A DNA stretch of 32,000 bases, from NCBI GenBank assembly GCA_016699145.1, contig CP064962.1:930001-962000 (forward strand), written 5' to 3'. Shown one piece after another: positions 24,609-32,000 of the stretch. Position numbers and translations under genes: made by a program. The notes under the pieces were generated by a model. The model worked only from the letters and a program-made list of their open reading frames with translations. It made no database searches and was not told the DNA's origin. This stretch comes from Candidatus Saccharimonadota bacterium. GTDB taxonomy: Bacteria > Patescibacteriota > Gracilibacteria > UBA1369 > 2-02-FULL-48-14. The first letter of the stretch is position 1; each line of letters begins with the position of its first letter.

Positions 24609-25925
24609 GTGTCATCTATGTGGGTAGGCCTTAACCCACCTACTATGACAGATTTAGATGAACCTCTGAAGTACTGCCTCTACGCCAGAAAGTCCTCAGA
24701 ATCGGATGAAAGACAGGCCATGAGCATCGACTCTCAAATTCATGAGATGCAGCAGATTGCCGAACAGGAAGGTCTCAACGTTGTAGAGGTCATGGAGGAA
24801 AGCAAAAGCGCCAAAGCCAAAGGAGTGCGAGTTAAATTCAACGAGATGCTCAAAGGGCTTTCTGATGGAAAGTTCAACTCCATTTTAACATGGGCCCCAG
24901 ATCGTTTGAGCCGCAACGCAGGGGATTTAGGAGACATAGTGGACATGATGGACGATGGTAAGTTAGTCAACATTCGGACACATGGACAAACCTTCATCAA
25001 CTCCCCAAATGAGAAGTTCCTCCTGATGATTCTGTGTAGTCAGGCAAAGTTGGAGAATGACAATCGTGGTAAGAACGTGAAACGTGGACTTAGGGCAAAA
25101 TGTGAGAGGGGCAAAAGGCCAGGTGTCCAACCACTGGGCTACAAGATTTACCGTGACCCCGAGAAACTTTCGATGGAGAGCAAAATACTCATAGATCCCG
25201 AACGTGCTCCCTTCATTAAGAAAATGTTCGACTACCTCACCGTCAGTGGCTACAGCGGAAGACAAATAAACGAACTCCTTACGAAGGAAGGCTTTAGGAC
25301 AAGAAAAGGAAAGCATGTAACGCTGAGCATGACCTACCGAGTATTCAAAGAGCGGTTCTACTACGGCGAATTTGAATACCCCGAAGGCAGCGGCAATTGG
25401 TACGAAGGTACTCACGAACCAATTATCACCAAAGATCAGTGGGAGGCGGCACAGAAGGCTATAAAAACGTTTGAAAAGAGCAAGTGGGGAAACAAAAGCT
25501 TCTACTTCAGCCGCCTATTCAAATGCGGCTCATGTAATTCAGGCATTTGTGGCGTAACTCACATCAACAGACACTCCAAGAGCTACACCTACTACAGATG
25601 CAATCGATATGGAGGAACTAAGATGTGTCATGAAAAGTATATACGTGAAGACGAGCTGGTTGAAAGCATCGCCAAGCTTGTGGATGAATTTAAAAGCAAA
25701 GAGCTTCGGATCCATAAGAAAATAATTCGGGAAGTCCAAAAGATGAACGAGCTTCACGAAATCACAATGGGCGAAGGGGCGAAAAAACTGACCGAACAAG
25801 AATACATCCACTACATCCTGAAGAAAGGAACTCCAGTAGAGAAAAAGGATTTTTTATCCACTTTAGAGGGCCAATTGTACCTTAAAGGTGGAAAGGTCTG
25901 GTTGGATGATACGAAAATTGAATAG
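24609..25925 (+). CDS. Large serine recombinase (integrase)
   Basis: The resolvase catalytic domain has YARKSSESDERQAMSIDSQ, DRLSRN and a conserved Arg/Gly context. The recombinase domain and Zn-ribbon read FKCGSCNSG...YYRCNRY...CHEK, followed by a C-terminal coiled-coil-like tail. The start is uncertain: GTG 24609, ATG 24618 or ATG 24645. Confidence 0.9.
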   Translation: MSSMWVGLNPPTMTDLDEPLKYCLYARKSSESDERQAMSIDSQIHEMQQIAEQEGLNVVEVMEESKSAKAKGVRVKFNEMLKGLSDGKFNSILTWAPDRLSRNAGDLGDIVDMMDDGKLVNIRTHGQTFINSPNEKFLLMILCSQAKLENDNRGKNVKRGLRAKCERGKRPGVQPLGYKIYRDPEKLSMESKILIDPERAPFIKKMFDYLTVSGYSGRQINELLTKEGFRTRKGKHVTLSMTYRVFKERFYYGEFEYPEGSGNWYEGTHEPIITKDQWEAAQKAIKTFEKSKWGNKSFYFSRLFKCGSCNSGICGVTHINRHSKSYTYYRCNRYGGTKMCHEKYIREDELVESIAKLVDEFKSKELRIHKKIIREVQKMNELHEITMGEGAKKLTEQEYIHYILKKGTPVEKKDFLSTLEGQLYLKGGKVWLDDTKIE

Positions 25926-26112
25926 CTCACCACGCTACATCTGCAGATTTCTCCCAATGCCCCTTCCACTCTAGATGTCGGGAATTGGACCCTTTGCTAG
26001 CCCTAAAACAAAAACTCCCCATTCAACAGAAGCCCACTTTTATCCTGCACGGCAAAATTCGACTCTCTATCACCCTAGGTCTTAGGGTCATAGGTTCAAA
26101 TGATGCACGTAG

Positions 26113-26202
<90 letters not shown>

Positions 26203-26287
26203 GTTGAGCCTCATCTTGCCACCACCGCAAAGCGGAGCCAAAACTCAGCCTCCGCATTTTAGGGGGCCAGGCTCGCCAGGGCAAGCC

Positions 26288-28048
26288 TTATTTCACGCTC
26301 AAGAAGACCTCACAGTCCACAGCCGTAGACTGAAGGACATCATCCATCCTAGACCAATTGATAGAATTGAAATAAATTTTCACCTTAAAACGACCTTCTT
26401 CAAAAGTCAGGCTCAAGTCCTCACGAGGGAGAAGACTGTCGACACGCCCTTCTGCTTCTAGGCGAGTCATTAAATCCGTCAAAGGCACCTCATAAACCTG
26501 GTCATTGAACTCAAACTGCATGATCTGGGAGTACTCCAGTAAGTCAATCGTGAGAGTGCCCGCCCCATTCGGCAATTCATACAAGCCATTAAAAGACCCA
26601 ACGTATCCAATGTATTGAAGAGCATAATCATAACCCGCCGCTGTCAAAACCTCATCCCCATCAGTCCCAAAATCAAAATAATCAGTAGGACCTTCGTAAG
26701 GATCATAATGTTCAAGACCCATTTTTCGTAAAACATCTTCGCTGCTCATTCCCTTGGCCCCTTCTCCAAACCAAGCAGAAAAAGCATCGCCATCATGATG
26801 GTTGACCAAGTACTCCACTTTCGAGAAAATTTCATCACCGTCTTCATCTGAAAGAGTGTTCTCTGCAAGGGGAACAATCTCGCCTTCCACCAAAATCCCT
26901 GTTCGAGTCAAAACACTTTCTAAACGACTCATTTGACTCCACTCAGAGAGAGCCCTGGGGCTCCATGGACCAACACTGCATAGCAAGCCCACAATCACCA
27001 CACTCAGCGGAATCCAACGCAAACTCGCCTTCTTTTGGGTGGCATAATAAAGGCTCCAGCCCAATAGCACCAAGCCAAGCAGTACGCCCAAATAACGCTC
27101 TTCCGTAAGTCCATAAGGTTCAATGCGCTTCCAAAAGGCTACAAAATAAACCAAAAGGAAAGGAATCGTAGTCCAAGGAAAAACCTGGAGAAACCTTCCA
27201 ATCAGTTTATTGACCTTTTCGTTGCGCAGCAAAAAAAGCAAAGCGTAAGTGCCGTAGCCGAGCAAAGTGAAGAGCAAAACAGGCATGGCCACGAAGCCTT
27301 CTGGCCAGTCTTGAGTGGCTAAAATCTTCACCACATAAACAGACAAAATCAAAAAATAAGTGAGCAGCAAAGGAAAACTGATATAAAGCACAAAAGACCG
27401 CATCATTTTTTCAGCGGGAGCTTGTTTTTGAAGGTCCTTATAGTCCGTGGGAATCCCCATGTAAAAAACGAGACTGGCCAAAAGAATGCAAAAGAAATAG
27501 CCAAAATCTTGAGTCCAAGTGTAGCTCATGGTGACGTTAAACAACTCCTGAATAGAGAAAATGGCCAGACTGAAGCCGAGCCAAAGAATAAGAGCCGTCG
27601 CAATGGCAATCAGCGCACTAGACAAGGTGGCAATGCTATAGTTCCAAAAACCCTGCTCCTCCTTATTATTTCGCACATAAGGTCCCACAAAAACCAGCGC
27701 CAGAGAAGCCACAAAAATCATGCCCAGATGGAGCATATCGAGGTCCACCCAATAACCACTCGGCTCAACAGAATAAACCAAGAGATAAAGCAAAGGTATC
27801 CCCATGAGTTGAATCAGCCAAGACCGAAGTCGCAGCCGTTCCGCAAGCAAGGCCAATCCTCCGAATAATAAAATTCCAATAAAAAGCGAAGAGAGAGCTT
27901 GATCCACATTTTCAGGGTAAGGATTCATTCTACTGGCCCCAATCAAGAGCCCGGTGCACAGCGCACTGCTCAAAAGCGCAAGTGGAAAACGAGCGACTGT
28001 GGATGCTAAATGACTTAAAGAAAAGTTCGGCGTAGGGAGGAAAGCCAT
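26288..28048 (-). CDS. Polytopic membrane protein with C-terminal soluble domain (possibly DUF4153-like; unverified)
   Basis: 586-aa ORF. About 10-12 TM helices occupy the first 370 aa or so, followed by an acidic soluble domain. Confidence 0.6.
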   Translation of the reverse strand: MAFLPTPNFSLSHLASTVARFPLALLSSALCTGLLIGASRMNPYPENVDQALSSLFIGILLFGGLALLAERLRLRSWLIQLMGIPLLYLLVYSVEPSGYWVDLDMLHLGMIFVASLALVFVGPYVRNNKEEQGFWNYSIATLSSALIAIATALILWLGFSLAIFSIQELFNVTMSYTWTQDFGYFFCILLASLVFYMGIPTDYKDLQKQAPAEKMMRSFVLYISFPLLLTYFLILSVYVVKILATQDWPEGFVAMPVLLFTLLGYGTYALLFLLRNEKVNKLIGRFLQVFPWTTIPFLLVYFVAFWKRIEPYGLTEERYLGVLLGLVLLGWSLYYATQKKASLRWIPLSVVIVGLLCSVGPWSPRALSEWSQMSRLESVLTRTGILVEGEIVPLAENTLSDEDGDEIFSKVEYLVNHHDGDAFSAWFGEGAKGMSSEDVLRKMGLEHYDPYEGPTDYFDFGTDGDEVLTAAGYDYALQYIGYVGSFNGLYELPNGAGTLTIDLLEYSQIMQFEFNDQVYEVPLTDLMTRLEAEGRVDSLLPREDLSLTFEEGRFKVKIYFNSINWSRMDDVLQSTAVDCEVFLSVK

Positions 28049-28128
28049 AGTAAAAATTTAATTGTCTCCAATTTACTACACCGCCTCTCTAGAGGCCATC
28101 CAAAAAAAGACCAAAGCTTCAAAGCCAC

Positions 28129-29913
28129 TCACATTCGATCCAAAGCAGGAATCCCCAAAATGGAAAGTCCGCACTTGAGTTCTTGCAAAAAGGATTTAAC
28201 AATGCCCAGTCGCGCGCGACGAGCCGCTTCCGTTTCGGCATTCACAACCTGTACGGTGCCATAAAAACGATTGAATTCTTGGCAAAGCTCATACAAAAAA
28301 GTGGCCACAATATGAGGTTTACGCTCTTCCAAAGCCCTTTGCAGCGCCTCCGGGAATTTGAGCATTTTTTTCACCATCGCTTTCTCGGCATCTTCACAAA
28401 GCAGGGGCAGTCCACTCAAATCCAAAAGCCCAAACTGGGCCTCAGCCTTTTGCAAAATACTACTGGCCCGCGCATACGAATAAAGCAAGTAAGGCGCTGA
28501 ATTTCCTTCTAAAGTGATGATTTTATCCCAGTCAAAAACCAAATCCTTATTTCGGTCTTGAGATAAAATGCCATATTTCACGCTCGCCACACCCACCCCT
28601 TCGGCAAGCGCGTAGAGCTCTTCACGAGGCAATTCACTCGCTCGCTGCGCCGCCAAAGCCCCGGCTCGCTTCACCGCTTCATCCAAAATTTCAGTGAGTT
28701 TAATGACATTTCCCTTGCGAGTACTCATGGCCCGATCCCCAAAACTCATCCGCCCAAAAGAGATGTGTTCCAGGCTCGTCACCATGGCCTCTACACTCGC
28801 AGTCGGCAAACGGTCGTAAGCCAGCGCCCGAGCCACTGCAAAGTTTTGAACAAAATGCAGCGACTGGGCATGGTCGACCACATATAAAATCACTTCCGGA
28901 TGCCAGGTTTCCACCCGATATTTGATCGTCGCCAGGTCACGCGTCAAATACAAAGTCGTGCCATCGCTTTTTCGTATCAGCGCCGGAGTCATCTCCTCCC
29001 CCTTCGCATCGAGCCCCATCGGGTAAATGAGCGCCCCTCCCTCGCCTTCCACAAAGGCTTTTTTTTGCAGCCCGTCAGAAATCACTTCGTCAGTCCTGTT
29101 CAAATAAAAACTCTCCCCCGTGATGTGATCAAACTCCACCCCCAAACGCTTAAAAATTTTCTTCAAATCTCCCACACTTTCCTCAACCATCCACTTCCAA
29201 AGCGCCAAACGCTCTTCGTCGCCTTCTTCCAAAGCCTTGAAAATGTCACGTGCCTTTCCCTCCAAGTTGGAATCTTTCTCCGCCTCTTCATGAAACTTCA
29301 CATACAGCCTCGTCAGTTCATCATTGGGTTTTTTTTCAATCGCCGCTTTGTCGCCCCATTCTTCTACTGCATAAATCAGTTTTCCAAAGTGAGTCCCCCA
29401 ATCGCCTAGATGATTGATGCGAATCACCTCGTGGCCCATGAATTCAATCAAGTTCGCAAGGGCATCGCCCAAAATCGTCGTGATGATGTGATGCACCCCC
29501 ATGTGCTTGGCCGCATTCGTGCTGCTGTATTCCACAATCCAAGGGCGCTCTTCTTTTGCCCCGCCGTCCACACCTCGTTCCACCGAAAAACCACTTTCCA
29601 GCTGCTTGAGTCCTTCTTGCAAAAAGGCATCCGAAAGTTTCAAATTCAAAAAGCCAGGAGCCGCAAATTCCACCGCTTGCACACGGTAATCCTTGGGGAA
29701 ATGTTCAATAATCGCTTCTGCAATCGCCTGCGGCGCCTTGCCCACTCGCTTCGACAGCTTCATCGCAAGTCCCGTGGCAAACTCCCCATGCTTGGCATCG
29801 CGCGGCTCATCCACACTGAGGGCATTCAAAACCTCTTCCCCACTCAAAGTTGGGAAGGCATCCAGCGTGGCTTGAGAAAGTAAAACCGCTAAATCTTGGG
29901 AGAGGATTTTCAT
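28129..29913 (-). CDS. argS: Arginine--tRNA ligase
   Basis: Class I HIGH-region variant (SSTNAAKHMGVHHIITTILGDALANL). DALR anticodon-binding domain strings (APYLLYSYARASSIL, ATFLYELCQEFNRFY). The ArgS-typical C-terminal ending is ...LDRM. Confidence 0.92.
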   Translation of the reverse strand: MKILSQDLAVLLSQATLDAFPTLSGEEVLNALSVDEPRDAKHGEFATGLAMKLSKRVGKAPQAIAEAIIEHFPKDYRVQAVEFAAPGFLNLKLSDAFLQEGLKQLESGFSVERGVDGGAKEERPWIVEYSSTNAAKHMGVHHIITTILGDALANLIEFMGHEVIRINHLGDWGTHFGKLIYAVEEWGDKAAIEKKPNDELTRLYVKFHEEAEKDSNLEGKARDIFKALEEGDEERLALWKWMVEESVGDLKKIFKRLGVEFDHITGESFYLNRTDEVISDGLQKKAFVEGEGGALIYPMGLDAKGEEMTPALIRKSDGTTLYLTRDLATIKYRVETWHPEVILYVVDHAQSLHFVQNFAVARALAYDRLPTASVEAMVTSLEHISFGRMSFGDRAMSTRKGNVIKLTEILDEAVKRAGALAAQRASELPREELYALAEGVGVASVKYGILSQDRNKDLVFDWDKIITLEGNSAPYLLYSYARASSILQKAEAQFGLLDLSGLPLLCEDAEKAMVKKMLKFPEALQRALEERKPHIVATFLYELCQEFNRFYGTVQVVNAETEAARRARLGIVKSFLQELKCGLSILGIPALDRM

Positions 29914-29958
29914 ACCAGAGTTTTATCAGGAAAAAACAAAGCCCACTACTCTATAAAA

Positions 29959-29986
29959 TTGACAAAACATAACATTAGTGTAAAAT
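29959..29986 (+). promoter_or_regulatory. Sigma70-type promoter candidate (-35 TTGACA, 16-nt spacer, -10 TAAAAT) upstream of the kinase-like gene
   Basis: A perfect -35 hexamer at 29959-29964 and a -10 at 29981-29986, 22 nt before the ATG at 30008, in the divergent argS intergenic region. Confidence 0.45.
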
Positions 29987-30007
29987 CAATGCCTCTGTAT
30001 ACCGAAT

Positions 30008-31405
30008 ATGACAGATCTAGCTTCCGATAAACCATCAGACGGTGAAAACCTAGACATAGCCTCAAGATGGAAACGTGAAACTCAAGGGAAGACCTATCAC
30101 GTTGATGAATTAGTAAGCTTGGTGAAAGGATTTTTGGCCGATGCCCAGCCTGAAGATAGGGAAGCGTTGCAAGAATCGATCTTAGAGTGGTTATGCGAGG
30201 AGTTCCATTTTTATATAGACCTATTGAGAAGCACGGCAAAGAAGTTTGATTTAGATCGGCTCTACTGGCAAAGGCTGAGTCTTGAGGAAATGGATGCTCT
30301 GAGTGCAGCAATTCAAGCAGAGCTTCAAACAGAGTTCGAAGCAAGAGGAAAGCAGGGTGTGGATCTACAGGCGCAGTCCGCAATGTATTTTTACAAGATT
30401 TCTCGCACCCTTGGTAGTTTCACAGAAGCCATAGCAGCGTTACAAGAGTCTAGAAAACAGAACATTGCAGATGGCTTAGCTCAATTGCTGCATGACTTCA
30501 ATGGAGTAAACACCTACCCCTTGCTCTACCTGCACGAGGCCTCTAGCAACAGAGCATTTGCAGAGGATCATCCAGAAAATCTAGACATGAAAGTAGAAGC
30601 TGAAATGAGTTATGGATATGCCCATTTTGCGGGGCATGCATTCCAGCATTTGATAGCTTGTCACCAATTGCTGCTGAGACGCCTGATGGCAAAACATCAA
30701 CTGTTGTTAGAAGAAATGGATATTAGCGCATTCATGGAAGTGACGGCCAACGCCCAGGCCTTTCGTTTCAATAATATGGAAGCTCCTCTTACCCATATTT
30801 CCATTGAAGTGGAAAAAGAAGAGGGGGTGAACTCCATTTTGAAAGCTTCACCCGATGCACTTCACCTAATTTTCTTAAATGTATTCAAGAACGCAGCTAA
30901 AATCATACAAGAGCGAAAAATAGCGAAAGAAAAGCAAACCATTCACTTGCGATTCTTTGAACGAGAAGGGGTCTTATTTCTACATTACAATGATCACATT
31001 GGAGGCTTGGATTTGACGGCTCTTTTTCACTCCGCAGTTGAGAAAACCATTCATTGGACTCACAACCGTGCGGGCGAGCAACTCCCTGCCCCTCTTCGAG
31101 TCATTCAAGGTGGAGCTTTTAACGCTGCCGACATGTTTACGATGAGAGACTTGTGTGAACTTATTTTCTTAGAAAGAGTCCGTGCACGTCGAGGAGGATC
31201 AGGATTGGGAATGAAAGAAACATACGAACTCTTGGCTGAAAATGGCATGATGCTCAGTACCGCTCTCAACAGAGAAGAAGGGACCCAATTTCTTTTTGCT
31301 TTCCCAAAATCACCCACAGAGCTTGGGGTGTTGAAAGACCTGATGAGACGAGTAGAAGCTGAATTGGATCAAAAAGAGACGGTTAAACTTGGCCTAGCTG
31401 CCTAA
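30008..31405 (+). CDS. Soluble GHKL/histidine-kinase-like ATPase protein
   Basis: N-box-like LNVFKNAAKI, G1-like NDHIGGLD, G2-like GGSGLGMKE, and a possible H-box LLHDFNGVN. There are no TM segments and no adjacent response regulator. Confidence 0.55.
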   Translation: MTDLASDKPSDGENLDIASRWKRETQGKTYHVDELVSLVKGFLADAQPEDREALQESILEWLCEEFHFYIDLLRSTAKKFDLDRLYWQRLSLEEMDALSAAIQAELQTEFEARGKQGVDLQAQSAMYFYKISRTLGSFTEAIAALQESRKQNIADGLAQLLHDFNGVNTYPLLYLHEASSNRAFAEDHPENLDMKVEAEMSYGYAHFAGHAFQHLIACHQLLLRRLMAKHQLLLEEMDISAFMEVTANAQAFRFNNMEAPLTHISIEVEKEEGVNSILKASPDALHLIFLNVFKNAAKIIQERKIAKEKQTIHLRFFEREGVLFLHYNDHIGGLDLTALFHSAVEKTIHWTHNRAGEQLPAPLRVIQGGAFNAADMFTMRDLCELIFLERVRARRGGSGLGMKETYELLAENGMMLSTALNREEGTQFLFAFPKSPTELGVLKDLMRRVEAELDQKETVKLGLAA

Positions 31406-31447
31406 CTGTGTTACACTGAACCAAGTTCTACTTTTTTCTCGAACTCT

Positions 31448-32000
31448 TTGGACCCCGATCTTGCGCTCGTTCTAATCCTTCTGGTTTTCTCTGCCCTCAC
31501 ATCGGCGTGTGAGACGGCTCTGCTTTCGCTCACCCCCGCTCAGGTTCGAACTTTGGTAGAAAACCAGGTCAAAGGTGCGGGCTATTTGGCCAAACTCAAG
31601 CAAGCCCACCACAAAACGCTGATCACAATTCTGCTGCTCAATAACTTTTTGAATGTAGCGGTGTCGGCCATCACCACCGTAGTGATGACGCGTCTTTTTG
31701 ATGATGCCGGAATTGGGATTGCCATGGGAGTGCTCACTGCCGTGCTCCTTATTTTTGGAGAAATTTTGCCTAAATCCCTCGCCACCACTTACGCCAAGAC
31801 CATCGGTCCCGCCTTTGCACCTCCACTCTACGTCATTGGCATACTCCTCACGCCATTCATTGTTGTTTTAGATTTTTTGGTGAACACCATGCTCAAGCTA
31901 TTTGGTGCCCAACACCACATTCAAGTGACGGATGAAGAACTCATCGCCATGGCATCCATTGGCGCGGAGGAAGGCAGCATTGATCACCAAGAACTTGAAC
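31448..32000 (+). CDS. DUF21/CNNM-domain (HlyC/CorC-family) transporter, 3' end cut by window edge
   Basis: Not in the supplied track because it has no ATG. The frame is open from 31406 to the window end, with a likely TTG start at 31448. The translation is (M)DPDLALVLILLVFSALTSACETALLSLTPAQVRTL...LLLNNFLNVAVSAI...IFGEILPKSLA.., which matches the DUF21 pattern. Confidence 0.7.
   Translation, partial: MDPDLALVLILLVFSALTSACETALLSLTPAQVRTLVENQVKGAGYLAKLKQAHHKTLITILLLNNFLNVAVSAITTVVMTRLFDDAGIGIAMGVLTAVLLIFGEILPKSLATTYAKTIGPAFAPPLYVIGILLTPFIVVLDFLVNTMLKLFGAQHHIQVTDEELIAMASIGAEEGSIDHQELE

Larger units (their letters stand above)
7673..26112. mobile_element. About 18.4 kb integrated island or degraded prophage beside tRNA-Ser; boundaries approximate
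   Basis: A large serine recombinase (24609-25925) lies 187 nt from the 3' end of tRNA-Ser (26113). The contents are phage or defence type: S24 repressor switch, ParB-methyltransferase, TerS/TerL, nucleases, an RM-like enzyme and a HerA-like ATPase. Ordinary transport and housekeeping genes flank it. The left edge is placed at the NhaC stop only because gene content changes there. No att repeat was found. Confidence 0.55.

Noticed and set aside
27422-27868. 148-aa plus-strand ORF inside the 586-aa membrane-protein gene
   Set aside because: It is an antisense shadow of a hydrophobic gene, with the Lys/Arg/Asn/Gln-rich composition typical of that artefact.
28183-29883. Several 60-169-aa plus-strand ORFs inside argS
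   Set aside because: They are antisense shadow ORFs of a confidently identified minus-strand arginyl-tRNA synthetase gene. They are Arg/Phe/Gln-rich and of low complexity.
29946-30383. 145-aa minus-strand ORF overlapping the start of the kinase-like gene
   Set aside because: It overlaps the promoter region and the 5' part of a longer plus-strand ORF that has recognisable GHKL motifs. It has no features of its own.

Overview
Bacterial chromosomal window, standard genetic code (long ORFs end at TAA, TAG and TGA), with almost no Shine-Dalgarno motifs before start codons. It splits into three blocks.

(1) 1-7672, metal-handling and transport genes. A 5'-truncated YVTN/BNR beta-propeller protein, a Met-rich multicopper oxidase lipoprotein, a YHS/TRASH metal-binding protein, several small membrane proteins (including a DUF2933-like ORF missing from the supplied track) and an NhaC-family transporter.

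(2) about 7.7-26.1 kb, an approximately 18 kb mobile island or prophage remnant beside tRNA-Ser(GCU), with a large serine recombinase at the tRNA-proximal end. It carries:
- a LexA/S24-type repressor facing a divergent operon;
- a tightly coupled packaging-type operon: ParB-fused methyltransferase, second methyltransferase, TerS-like protein, and a TerL interrupted at an A8 run;
- no capsid, tail or replication genes;
- a 250-nt hairpin-rich, ORF-poor segment ending in an intrinsic terminator;
- a nuclease/methylase/ATPase cargo cluster: NucS-like PD-(D/E)xK protein, Cas4-like TM0106-family nuclease, a 1021-aa type IIG/type-ISP-like N6-adenine methyltransferase fusion, a six-TM protein, and a DUF87/HerA-type ATPase.

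(3) 26.1-32 kb, housekeeping genes: tRNA-Ser, a polytopic membrane protein, argS, a soluble GHKL kinase-like protein, and a 3'-truncated DUF21/CNNM transporter.

The best candidate for an undescribed system is the 16.7-24.6 kb cluster, especially the methyltransferase, membrane protein and HerA-like ATPase operon. The membrane ORF and the ATPase ORF appear to be joined across an A AAA AAA slippery run. I do not recognise this gene combination as any named defence system. All family assignments come from motif reading by eye; no database search was possible.
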